Shown: piece after piece, positions 31,137 to 40,523 of the stretch
Layout: each line of letters starts with the position of its first letter
Numbering within the stretch: position 1 is the first letter of the stretch
DNA from: Obrimoposthia wandeli
Taxonomy: Eukaryota
Direction of reading: 5' to 3'
Length of the DNA stretch: 64,000 nucleotides
Assembly (NCBI GenBank): GCA_977020255.1
Contig: CDROCS010001688.1
Coordinates: 186,001 to 250,000, forward strand
Program-made: the position numbers and the translations under genes
The notes under the pieces: model-generated
Databases searched by the model: none
What the model was told of the DNA's origin: nothing
Seen by the model: the letters and a program-made list of their open reading frames with translations, nothing else

Positions 31137-32744
31137 TTACCCAGCACGTAGTATCTCTTCCTCTGCTAAAGGGAGATGCGAGGCAATCCCTTTACAGAAA
31201 TAAGCAAAATCGCGAAATACCATCGGTCGCCCAAAGTAGTAACCTTGCTGTAAATACACACCTTGCTCAGCTAAATATTCAGATTGCTCTTTTGTTTCAA
31301 CACCCTCAGCAATCATTTCCATTCCAGCTTGTTTACCAAATGCAATAATCGAATCTAATAAAGATAACTTGATATCTGATGTGCCTATATTTTCAACAAA
31401 CATTTTATCAATTTTAAGGCTTCTAATATTCAGCTCTTGTATATAACTGAAGCCTCCATACCCCGTACCGGCATCATCTAACTTAACATCAATCCCTTTT
31501 TTTCTTAGATATTCGATAACATCAAATGCCATCGCTAAATTGCTAAATGGCTTACGCTCGGTCACTTCAAAAGCTAGCTGTGTTGTTTCTAATTTTGAAA
31601 ATTTCAATAAATCTAGCGAGCGATTAATAATGTCAATGCTTTCTAGTTGCTCGGGTACTACATTAATACTAATAATCTGCTTTGTATTCTGCCAATTCAG
31701 CTTACCAATATCATCAACGGCTTTTTTAATTAACTGCTCTGTTATGGGTAATATTTGACCACTTTTTTCTACGTATGGAATAAATTCCATCGGTGAAATC
31801 AGTTCTTGCCCCGGTCGCTTCCAGCGAGCGAGCATTTCGCAACCGTACAATGATTGGCTAGTCACATTCACAATAGGTTGATAGTAAGGAATAAACTCTT
31901 TATTAACTAAACCTTGCTCAACCATTGAATGCAACGACATTCTTCGTTGAACAAATATTCTATGCATTGCAATAAATAGTACACCAGCGCCACCACCAAA
32001 TAAAAATAAAGGTAGCCATAATGCTTCTCTATACTTTGTTAATAATTCAGGTTTTACAAAAGTATCAACTCGAAGATTATTCGCAAACTCAGAGCTCATT
32101 AGTGGCTTACCTTCTAATAAAGAAGCATCTCCACGCCAAAACGATACCGTCGGATTATCAGTTGAAACTATTGAGTTCAGTACACAATTATCACAATATT
32201 TATTTCTCAATGTATCGGACATCAAGGGTTCCATGTGTACCAGCATTGAACCTCGTTTATCTTTCCACTCTGCAACCAGTAGGTTTTCTTGATTAGCTGA
32301 TTCAACGGTCACCCACACAGAAAGATTTGTACTCAGCTTATTAATTAATGGTTGCAGTTTGCTCTCGGCATTAGATCCTTTAAAGCTTGTACACTGCTCG
32401 CCATCATTTGTTGTCAATGTAATTCGGCGAATAAAGTAATCGTTATAAACAACCTGCTGAATTTTATTTTCATCGAAAGCTTTACAATCAAATTGAAATT
32501 TATCGGCAATGCCTTTCATAACTGAATGATAGTTATCAACTCGAAGCATATAAGTATTAAGAAGGTCTTTAGAATCAGAGCTGATCACATAAGAAAGTTG
32601 CACACGAGAAAAGAAACTTGCAGATAACGAGAAGAGAAAAGCTAACCCTATCACTAGAAAGAGTGATAAAAATTCCATTCTAAACCTTTTAAACCAATTA
32701 TCTTTTTTAACACCTTTGCCTCTCAATTTATTCCTAACACACAT
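31137..32744 (-). CDS. CSS-motif-type periplasmic sensor EAL c-di-GMP phosphodiesterase
   Basis: Two TM segments flank a Cys-containing periplasmic domain (FDCK, QCTS); EAL domain with YQPIV, EML, SIN, FEVTE, DDAGTGYGG, KID, EGVE. Confidence 0.85.
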   Translation of the reverse strand: MCVRNKLRGKGVKKDNWFKRFRMEFLSLFLVIGLAFLFSLSASFFSRVQLSYVISSDSKDLLNTYMLRVDNYHSVMKGIADKFQFDCKAFDENKIQQVVYNDYFIRRITLTTNDGEQCTSFKGSNAESKLQPLINKLSTNLSVWVTVESANQENLLVAEWKDKRGSMLVHMEPLMSDTLRNKYCDNCVLNSIVSTDNPTVSFWRGDASLLEGKPLMSSEFANNLRVDTFVKPELLTKYREALWLPLFLFGGGAGVLFIAMHRIFVQRRMSLHSMVEQGLVNKEFIPYYQPIVNVTSQSLYGCEMLARWKRPGQELISPMEFIPYVEKSGQILPITEQLIKKAVDDIGKLNWQNTKQIISINVVPEQLESIDIINRSLDLLKFSKLETTQLAFEVTERKPFSNLAMAFDVIEYLRKKGIDVKLDDAGTGYGGFSYIQELNIRSLKIDKMFVENIGTSDIKLSLLDSIIAFGKQAGMEMIAEGVETKEQSEYLAEQGVYLQQGYYFGRPMVFRDFAYFCKGIASHLPLAEEEILRAG

Positions 32745-32979
32745 AACTTTTAAACCTTCGAAATCATGCCCTATTTAACAAAGAACGATCATCATAATAA
32801 CTTGTTAATGAATAAATTTTTAATGAATAACTATTGAGATTAATCACTATAATTGATTCACTTTATTCACTCATGAGCTGATAAACAAGTAATTAGTTTA
32901 GTATGAAGGCGATATAGATCACGTCTTTGACAATAAAATTTTCACCGAAAAAAAAGTCACAAGAGTTGATGGTAACTAT

Positions 32980-32993
32980 TTGATAAATATCAA
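32980..32993. promoter_or_regulatory. FNR box
   Basis: TTGAT-AAAT-ATCAA, a perfect match to TTGAT-N4-ATCAA, upstream of the EAL gene. Confidence 0.65.
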
Positions 32994-33098
32994 AGATAAA
33001 GCATTTTTTAAAGGAATAATACATTGTAATTTAGTGGGGTTTTTAACGGTGAATATGCGAGGGAGGGATAAAAAGCGCTTAGAACAGCGCCTTATCAT

Positions 33099-33203
33099 TT
33101 AAAGGGCATCACGAGAGCGATCAATTCCTTTAGTACACTTTTTTTCTTTTACGATGATGAAAACAGCACCGATGATAAAGGCTAAAACTAAAATGACTTC
33201 CAT
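33099..33203 (-). CDS. 34-aa single-TM small protein (not in ORF track)
   Basis: MEVILVLAFIIGAVFIIVKEKKCTKGIDRSRDAL*; SD TAAGGT upstream; hairpin with U-tract just downstream (about 33070-33092). Confidence 0.6.
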   Translation of the reverse strand: MEVILVLAFIIGAVFIIVKEKKCTKGIDRSRDAL

Positions 33204-33552
33204 AATTTACCTTATAAGGTCGCAGTTATAAGTCACTAACATGGCTGTTAGTTAAGTGTATTTACTTTGCCCCAAAGTAATTTGTAACAAAATGTTTTAA
33301 AGAGGCAGGGCAAGATACCCCATTTCATCGAAATTTGCACGAAAAAACATCTACCTTAAGCCACAAAATTTAATATCTTTAATACAGTCCTTTAATTAAA
33401 TGACACTAAATAATATACCGTATTTATCTATATCATGTTGAATAACAATATAATTATAGCAACAAATTGATGATTTGTTAGGAGTACTGAATTTATTACT
33501 GAACCAAACCAAACGATTCTATTTTGATAAAATTAATTTATCAGCATAACAT

Positions 33553-33566
33553 TTGATTGTTATCAA
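33553..33566. promoter_or_regulatory. FNR box
   Basis: TTGAT-TGTT-ATCAA, perfect consensus. Confidence 0.6.
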
Positions 33567-33631
33567 CTTTTTTGTTTCATTACTGATGAAGTACACTGTA
33601 ATTTATCATTACACAAAATATAATGCTAAAA

Positions 33632-35526
33632 ATCGAGTAGGGTGAGGCGTTACCGCCTCATCACAGAACGTACGGACCTCGTATACGGCTCGTAGTCTTC
33701 TATTCCTATCTTACAGGGAGCAAGATCCCTGTTTTCACTTTCTATCGCATATTTCCTTGAACCATTGATTCGGCATGGCATAGGGATAATGGACTCGCGG
33801 CATTTTTCCATGAGTCCATCGTCATAAACTTGAATGGCGGTTTAACAAGCTGTTTCAATCTCCGATGCAATTTCATCGGCTTCTTCCACAGCTTTAATTG
33901 TAAACGCCTCAACGCCTTATCCATCCCGCCAATTGGGTTAGCATATTCGCTATAAAGTAGTTGACGGTTCCTCTCAGAACAGGATTCCTTTAAGCACCAT
34001 GGCTAAGTTCTTTCCACTGTTTCGTTGAGCCGCTTTACTTTGGCTTTAAGTGGTTGAACTTCTTTTCTTTGTATCCGTGTAGAGTGTGTCCCTATCACAA
34101 CGCCAAGAAATTTAACCCTTCGTCACTGTGGGCGATAAGTTTTGCGTTCATTCACTGTTTTCAGTTGCTTTTCCAAGATATGACTGGCGACTTTTCTCTC
34201 GCATGCTCGGCGGCAGCTTGCGTGCAGCACAAGATCAGAATATCGTCAGCGTAGCGCACTATTCGGTGATTACGCTTTTTCATTTCTTGATCAAAGGCAT
34301 CGAGATAAATATTGGCACAGTGGACTGAACACGCCACCTTGTGGGCTTCCCAGCTCACTTTTCTGAACCGTCACCTATCATGACCCCACTTACTTCAGGA
34401 ATTTATCTATCAGCCTTAGAATACTGCCGTCTGTGATACGTCGTTTGACTGATTGGATGATCAGGTCATGATCGAGCATATCAAAGCATTTCGACAGATT
34501 ATCTACCACATGTCGACGCCCATACTGGCGTATAAACATCGTGGCTTTACTGATGGCCTGATGACAACTCCTACCCAGACGATAACCATAACTTGATGGA
34601 TGATCGGGATCGAAGATGGGGGTCATGATGGTCGACATTGTTGGACTATACGGTCTCGAACTGCGGGGATCCCCAATAAACGTATGCCGCCGTCATCTTT
34701 TGGGATCTCGACGCGCTTAACGGGTTGCGGTTGATACCGCTTTTCTTGCAGTTCAAGCAGTAACTGTTTGAGGTTACTGATCTTGCGCAAAATCTTCCAC
34801 GACGCCGGGAGCGCCTTTGTTTTTCTTTTCTGAATCCCTCATAGAGCGCTGCATTGAAAGCGTCCACAGATATATTCGCACGGTTACTGTCTCACATCAC
34901 TGTCCATTCGCTATTTCAAGTCAGTTCGGTTTGTTTCTCACCGCAGTTAGGTGTTCTAGCATTTAATCTGCCCAACCCGCCTTCTTGCCTCCAATGAGTA
35001 GGAATGACTACTCCCTATGTGCAGCTCCTAGCCATCTTTCACTTTGCCATTGGGAGGATGCCCCCTAATCGGCAGCTTGTGCACCTGTTTTGGTTTTTCG
35101 CTTCTTTTCAGTGTATTAAAGATTACTTCCCTGCAACCCACATAGCTTTTGGCATATGTTATCCAGCAAACACGTTGCTGCTGGTCAAGTTTTATCCTCC
35201 ACACCATTACTGGGTTTCACTGGCTGAACTACTCACTACTACGATTCATCTGCCACCACACCAACATAAGCCTTGAATACTTCTTGTGCTTATGCTTCCA
35301 GCCTTATGCTGGAGTTGACCAGGCTACTGCACCAGTCCCTGTTAGAGATCCCATCCCTTTCACGTGATTGGTTTGTCGAGTATCGGGCTTCGTGCTATTG
35401 CGGACACTTACCCACCAATCCCGCCACATTTGGGTTCCAACTTCCTATGGCTTCCTTCAGACCTCATCGGGCCAATGACGCCCTATTCGGATTATCTTCC
35501 CCTCAGTATTCTGAGCAGAAGAACAC
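33632..35526 (-). mobile_element. Degenerate group II intron inserted in an intrinsic terminator
   Basis: 3' end DV/DVI on minus: GAGCCGTATACGAG..CCGTACG.TTCTGTGA...TGAGGCGGTAACGCCTCACCCTACTCGAT; internal RT/maturase fragments; 5' end GTGTT abuts the terminator at 35527-35551. Confidence 0.88.
33715..34885 (-). pseudogene. ltrA: Group II intron reverse transcriptase/maturase pseudogene (multiple frameshifting deletions)
   Basis: Fragments in different frames: LKQLLLELQEKRYQPQPVKRVEIPKDDGGIRLLGIPAVRDRIVQQ; HPSSYGYR.GRSCHQA..VVD.LSKCFD.LDH; ANIYLD.FD..VRYADD; domain X LRRLQLKLWKKP; no En domain seen. Confidence 0.92.
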
Positions 35527-35551
35527 AAAAATACGGCTTTCGCCGTATTTT
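35527..35551 (-). terminator. Intrinsic terminator of the CDF transporter gene; intron target site
   Basis: Minus strand AAAATACGGC-GAAA-GCCGTATTTT-T, 41 nt after the stop at 35593. Confidence 0.8.
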
Positions 35552-35592
35552 AAAGTATTCCTAATTACCATCAAGCCTCAACTCGTTCAATA

Positions 35593-36507
35593 TCACAACC
35601 AGCGTTCTTGACCTGTAAAACTAACAGATAACCATGTTTCACCTAAATCATCAGATAGCTCATCCCAGATGATCTGACGTATATGATCTTGACGCTTTGT
35701 CGTCCACAATGAGTCATCTTTTACTAAGATATTAATCTCAAGGTCATATTGACGACCCGTCTTGGCAAGGTGGTGAGTGTATCCATCAAAGCGGTATGCT
35801 TTTGAGAGCCTTTCTATTGTACGATCAACATGACGTTGTGCTTTGTTTTGTGGTGCGACTAATAACACCTCTTTTAAGTTACGTCGTAATACTTTGATCG
35901 GTAATATTGAAGCTGCTATAGAAAGGGTTGAAACTAAAATCGGATCGATATAAGCGTTCCAGCGGGTATACCCCATAGAATCGAATATGAGCACTAAAAT
36001 AAAACCGACTAAAATTGCTGCACTCAATATTCCGTCAACTAACCATTCTTGAGAGTCAACTTTAACTAATTCTGAATCAACACTCTTCGCGATGGACGTT
36101 TCAATGAAATAAATACCAAAACAGCATATTGTTGAAAGCACCGCATATATCAATGCATGCTCTAAGACGAGTTCATGCCCACCATCAAGAATGGTGTTTA
36201 CACCACTTATAAATGCAAATAAACACGTAATTAAGATAAGTAAGCCATTAATTACATTAATAAGTGGCTCTATATGGGCGTAACCAAATTGAAATTGTTT
36301 ATCATCAGGTTTTGTTACTAGATATGCCGTATAAAGACTTAACCCCGTCATCCCCATACTTAACAACGAAAACATACCATCGAGTAAAATGGCGTTTGAA
36401 TCAACATACAGTCCGTAGCCAATACCTAAGCTTGCCACTAAAACAGTGCCTGCTAAAGATAACTTTAATGCCATTCGCTCTTTACTAATTTTACGACTAA
36501 TAGTCAT
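35593..36507 (-). CDS. Cation diffusion facilitator family transporter
   Basis: S.AILLDG.FS, F.FGY...EP, W.VD...S, DP motifs; 6 TM segments. Confidence 0.85.
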   Translation of the reverse strand: MTISRKISKERMALKLSLAGTVLVASLGIGYGLYVDSNAILLDGMFSLLSMGMTGLSLYTAYLVTKPDDKQFQFGYAHIEPLINVINGLLILITCLFAFISGVNTILDGGHELVLEHALIYAVLSTICCFGIYFIETSIAKSVDSELVKVDSQEWLVDGILSAAILVGFILVLIFDSMGYTRWNAYIDPILVSTLSIAASILPIKVLRRNLKEVLLVAPQNKAQRHVDRTIERLSKAYRFDGYTHHLAKTGRQYDLEINILVKDDSLWTTKRQDHIRQIIWDELSDDLGETWLSVSFTGQERWL

Positions 36508-36558
36508 AAATTCCTCCAGCTAACTATCTTCATTGATTAAAAGAATAGTTGTTGTTCA

Positions 36559-36582
36559 TAGTGTTACTGCACAGTAACACTA
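36559..36582. promoter_or_regulatory. Perfect 11-2-11 inverted repeat, candidate metal-sensor operator
   Basis: TAGTGTTACTG-CA-CAGTAACACTA, about 52 nt upstream of the CDF start. Confidence 0.55.
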
Positions 36583-36707
36583 ATTCTGCTTGTTAGTAAA
36601 ATGTAACTGAATATGCCGCTTTTATCGTTTAAGCGTTAAAAATCTCATCTTTTTAGTGTCGTGGGCTTTCATTCTCTGACGCGATCGGACATTTAGACTG
36701 TAGGACA

Positions 36708-37142
36708 TTACGACTGCAGTGCATCGTCTAACCATTGGCAGAACTCTTTCTTTCTTAATCCCGTATTCAATACTGCTTGCTGCCTACCCTTTTTAAACAC
36801 TATAACGGTAGGTACACCGCGGACTCTATATTTAGTCGCAATCGCTTTATTCTGTACACTATTAACACGTAAGAAGCGAAGTGTTGACTGGCGTTCAGTG
36901 GCTACTTTTTCAAAGATTGGTTTAAATGTATTACACGGCGAACAATTAGGCCCCCAAAATGCGACGACGACAGGCTTTGGGCTTAAAACCAACTTGTCGA
37001 AATTTTGCGTATTGGCCTCTACGGGTTTTCCATCAAGTAACGGTTTACGGCAGTATTCACAAGAGACCGTATTAGACAGTGATTGCGGTGAGATCGCATT
37101 CACTTTGTTGCAATGTGGGCAATCAACAGTAATTAACTTCAT
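36708..37142 (-). CDS. trxC: Thioredoxin 2-like protein (zinc-binding N-domain)
   Basis: CPHC and CEYC zinc motifs; thioredoxin fold with FWGPNCSPC and VRGVPT. Confidence 0.8.
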   Translation of the reverse strand: MKLITVDCPHCNKVNAISPQSLSNTVSCEYCRKPLLDGKPVEANTQNFDKLVLSPKPVVVAFWGPNCSPCNTFKPIFEKVATERQSTLRFLRVNSVQNKAIATKYRVRGVPTVIVFKKGRQQAVLNTGLRKKEFCQWLDDALQS

Positions 37143-37238
37143 TTGCTACTTCCATCACACCAGTCGCAACCGACTATAAGTGCTTGTTCATTTTATAATG
37201 CCTAGACAATACTGACCTTGTACAAGCGCATCAAGTCT

Positions 37239-37694
37239 TTATTCCTCTAACCTCTGTAGTTCTATTCGCTCAAGGTCGTTGTAGAAGGTAAGCAGTTTTG
37301 CTCGGCTAACATTGTATTTGAAATTATTGCTTTCGCAGACGTCGACAGAATAATCTTGGGTTTTATGGTTTTTGGTTTTGTCGTATACACAGGTCGCTAA
37401 CTGCTCACATGCCATATCTCTTTCTGTTCGAAGTAAAGCCCAATGATTAGAGAAATCCTTTAAAGCAAAATTGAGTTGGTTATAATTTTCTGTTGTAATT
37501 TCTGGTTTTAATACCACCAATTCACGTTGCCTTTCATTAATAAAATCATCAAAAGAGACGGAAAGATTGGAGACCGAATGGCTATTGCATTCCTCTTTTA
37601 TAAACTGACTTTGTTGGCTTAAGAGATTACTGTCATGGGGTTGAGTGCTACAAGCAACCAGAAAAAATGAGAATAAAAAAGAATAGGTTTTCAT
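37239..37694 (-). CDS. Hypothetical lipoprotein
   Basis: ATG 37694 gives MKTYSFLFSFFLVAC with a lipobox. Confidence 0.65.
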   Translation of the reverse strand: MKTYSFLFSFFLVACSTQPHDSNLLSQQSQFIKEECNSHSVSNLSVSFDDFINERQRELVVLKPEITTENYNQLNFALKDFSNHWALLRTERDMACEQLATCVYDKTKNHKTQDYSVDVCESNNFKYNVSRAKLLTFYNDLERIELQRLEE

Positions 37695-37983
37695 AACACA
37701 CCACAAAAAGTTAAGAGCATCCAATGCCAAACTGATTTAATAAGTATCGACGATTTCTACTAAAAAGTGTGATTTCCCTTAATAATTCTTATTTTTGGAG
37801 CAGAAACGTTTAATGTCAGATTATTTATTAACTCTCACAAGTAGCTGTTATTACAAGCAATAGCACTCTACCTCTGCGAATAGGTACGCTTTTTTAGCTT
37901 CTATTTAAGCTTCATTTTACTCTCATACAAAAAAACCGGAACCTTTCGATTCCGGTCATCTCGTTTAAACGGCAGAGTTTCTA

Positions 37984-38682
37984 CTATTTTGTATTGAATA
38001 TTTGTTCTGTTTCAAGCTGCGTCATTTGACGGATCTGACGCCAAACAAAATAGAAAATCCCCATCATCATCAACATTGATGGAATCGCAATAACAGGATA
38101 ACTCATCAATGTTAATCGACCTAACTCTTCATTAAAGCTAGCAGTACCTGCGGGGCTAGTGACAATCATTGTCGCGAGTATATAATTCATTACTGATGAA
38201 AAAACAAATGTGCTAGCAAACAAGTAGTTTGATTGCATTAAACAACGATCAAACCTTGCTTGCTGATTAGTTTCAGCAAGACGCTCTTTGATGGTCGGTA
38301 AATTAAGTACTTTCTCATTTAACAGTAACTTACTCACCACTGGATATTTAGTAAAAGTTGAAATGAACACACCAAGACCAATTAGGCCAGGGATGAATGC
38401 TTCTTTAATCGCTAGCCACTTGGTATCAAGCTCTAGCAGCCCAATACCACCCGTTAGTAACACGCTAACGAAACCAAGTAACGAAATGAAATTGAATTTC
38501 TTATATCTAATGAGTTCATAACCACCAAATATAATCGGAAATGCTAATGCAACAACCAGTGCACCTACAGAACCAAGGTATTCATCACCACTCAACTTCA
38601 TCAAAACCACAGAGGGAATGATAATGTTAAAGATTAAATCACTAAATGGGTTTGCTTTTTTTTCAGCCATAATCTCTTTCAA
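37984..38682 (-). CDS. VC0807 family membrane protein
   Basis: NIIIPS..LMK.S, LLTGGIGLL.L...W.A.KEA, F..ELG..T..SYPVIA.P motifs. Confidence 0.8.
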   Translation of the reverse strand: MKEIMAEKKANPFSDLIFNIIIPSVVLMKLSGDEYLGSVGALVVALAFPIIFGGYELIRYKKFNFISLLGFVSVLLTGGIGLLELDTKWLAIKEAFIPGLIGLGVFISTFTKYPVVSKLLLNEKVLNLPTIKERLAETNQQARFDRCLMQSNYLFASTFVFSSVMNYILATMIVTSPAGTASFNEELGRLTLMSYPVIAIPSMLMMMGIFYFVWRQIRQMTQLETEQIFNTK

Positions 38683-38986
38683 ACGTTACTTAAACATTAA
38701 TTCTTACCCATTGTTCCGCTATTTTTACGTGCTGTAAAGAAGAAGAGCGTTACAAAGCATGACATACCTCTTTAAACGAGTCATAAAATGGAGCAAAACA
38801 CAGCATGAACTTGAGTCGATATCTTAAGACTGTTGCCCTTTCAACATTGTAGCTGCAAAAATTAAAAAACGTGATAACTACTCGACTAAGCAGCCTTTTT
38901 CAATAAAAACAATCGACATCTTTAATCACATTCACTACCGTACTCAATAATTTCAATTCGGCTCAACATAGAAGTGCTTTACGTCA

Positions 38987-40318
38987 ATGACAGCATCTAA
39001 TCCCTCGCAACCATTATCCCTCCGTGATGCATCCATTTTTAGTTTGTTTTGGCGTTATACCCTGCCAACCATCGCCGCAATGCTTGTTACGGGCATTTAT
39101 GTTGCCATCGATGGGATGTTTGTTGGGCATTTTATTGGTGAACAAGGGCTAGCGGCTATTATGCTTGGCTACCCTATTGGTTCAACGCTTTATGCCGTTG
39201 GTGCAATGATTGGTATGGGGGCGTCAGCGCTTGTATCTATAAAGTTAGGACAAAATGATACCGCCCAAGCACGAAAAATCGTTGGGAATGCGCTCATTCT
39301 CAGCATTTTGGCTTCAGCGTTACTCAGTGTTATCGGTCTATTGTATGGCCGAGATATTCTACTTTGGGTTGGTGCCGAAGGTCTGATTCTTGAAATGGCG
39401 TCTGATTACCTCTTCTGGTATTTCTTGATGGGATCATTTGCCGTTATCTCGATGGCGTTTTCATCACTTCTACGAAATGACGGCCAACCCAAGCGTGTCA
39501 CCTATATCATGATATTCGGTGGCGTATTAAATATCGTTTTAGATTGGTTGCTTATCGTTGTTTTTCCTTACGCCTTAACGGGTGCAGCTATTGCGACTAT
39601 GATCTCTCAAGCAGCAACTTGCCTACTTTGCTTACAACACTTTTTTAGCGATAAAAGCACACTACGCATTGGCTGGGACAGTATTCGCTTAAAGCTTGAT
39701 ACCGTTGTTCAGATATTACGACTGGGTACTTCAAGCTTATTAATGTACTTATACTTATCGGTCGTTCTTGTTCTACACAATAAAGCATTTCTATGGGTTG
39801 GCGACGCAATTCATGTTGCTGCTTATGGCATCGTTAGCTATACAGAAGCTTTCTTCTATTTAATTTTTGAAGGCATTGCGCTTGGCATTCAACCTATCAC
39901 CAGTTACAACACAGGTGCAGGGCTTCATGATCGTGTTATTCAAGCTCGCAATATCGCATTCGGCGTAACGCTACTTATTGCGGCAATTGGTCTCTTGGTT
40001 ATTTATGGTTTATCCGATTGGGTGGTATACCTATTTGCTGGGGATAACCCTACGCTTAAACCTGAAGCGATTAATGGTATGTACCGTTATTTCTGGGGAT
40101 TACCAATGGAAGGGTTATTACTCGTTGGTGCTACGTACTTCCAATCAATCAACAAAGCGAAAGAAGCATCTATACTCACCGGCGGAAAGCTAATCTTCAT
40201 TTCAGTTTTCATCTTCGTACTCGCTAAATATTTTGGTGTAAATGGTGTTTGGGTTGCCTTACCTATTTGCAGCGCAATACTGACAAGTTGGATGATTTTC
40301 GTGTTAAAGAAGCAATAA
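38987..40318 (+). CDS. MATE family efflux transporter
   Basis: 12 TM segments; Y.AIDG.FVG..IG..GLAA, LRNDG.P, NI.LD.LLI, GAA.AT..SQ, QP..SYN.GA. Confidence 0.92.
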   Translation: MTASNPSQPLSLRDASIFSLFWRYTLPTIAAMLVTGIYVAIDGMFVGHFIGEQGLAAIMLGYPIGSTLYAVGAMIGMGASALVSIKLGQNDTAQARKIVGNALILSILASALLSVIGLLYGRDILLWVGAEGLILEMASDYLFWYFLMGSFAVISMAFSSLLRNDGQPKRVTYIMIFGGVLNIVLDWLLIVVFPYALTGAAIATMISQAATCLLCLQHFFSDKSTLRIGWDSIRLKLDTVVQILRLGTSSLLMYLYLSVVLVLHNKAFLWVGDAIHVAAYGIVSYTEAFFYLIFEGIALGIQPITSYNTGAGLHDRVIQARNIAFGVTLLIAAIGLLVIYGLSDWVVYLFAGDNPTLKPEAINGMYRYFWGLPMEGLLLVGATYFQSINKAKEASILTGGKLIFISVFIFVLAKYFGVNGVWVALPICSAILTSWMIFVLKKQ

Positions 40319-40523
40319 CAACAAATGTCGATGTTACGAACAATATATCGAAGCAATCGTTTCGCTGTTCGTAATATCGACAAAAACTTGCGTAAAACTG
40401 AATTAGGCATAATAAAAACATGATGTTGCTCACGTTTTATAAGTAAGCTACAAAATACTAATTTTCAAGGACTAATGAATGCGTATTATCAGCGTCATCT
40501 TTGTCGACTCTGAGTAGTTATCG

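Noticed and set aside
32908-32923. CRP-like site GGCGA-N6-TCACG
   Set aside because: Three mismatches to TGTGA-N6-TCACA; too weak without a scoring matrix.
33715-34885. RT as a retron, DGR, CRISPR-RT or Abi-type defence RT
   Set aside because: Domain X plus DV/DVI RNA identify it as a group II intron protein. No msr-msd, TR/VR pair, cas genes or effector neighbours were seen.
34054-35611. Plus-strand ORFs inside the intron (34054, 34128, 35004, 35149, 35273, 35364)
   Set aside because: Antisense to the intron RT and ribozyme; no recognisable protein signal.
38873-40522. 11-bp inverted repeat (GATAACTACTC / GAGTAGTTATC) flanking the MATE gene
   Set aside because: Short, with no target duplication or transposase; the right copy is the amidohydrolase RBS region. 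Likely chance.
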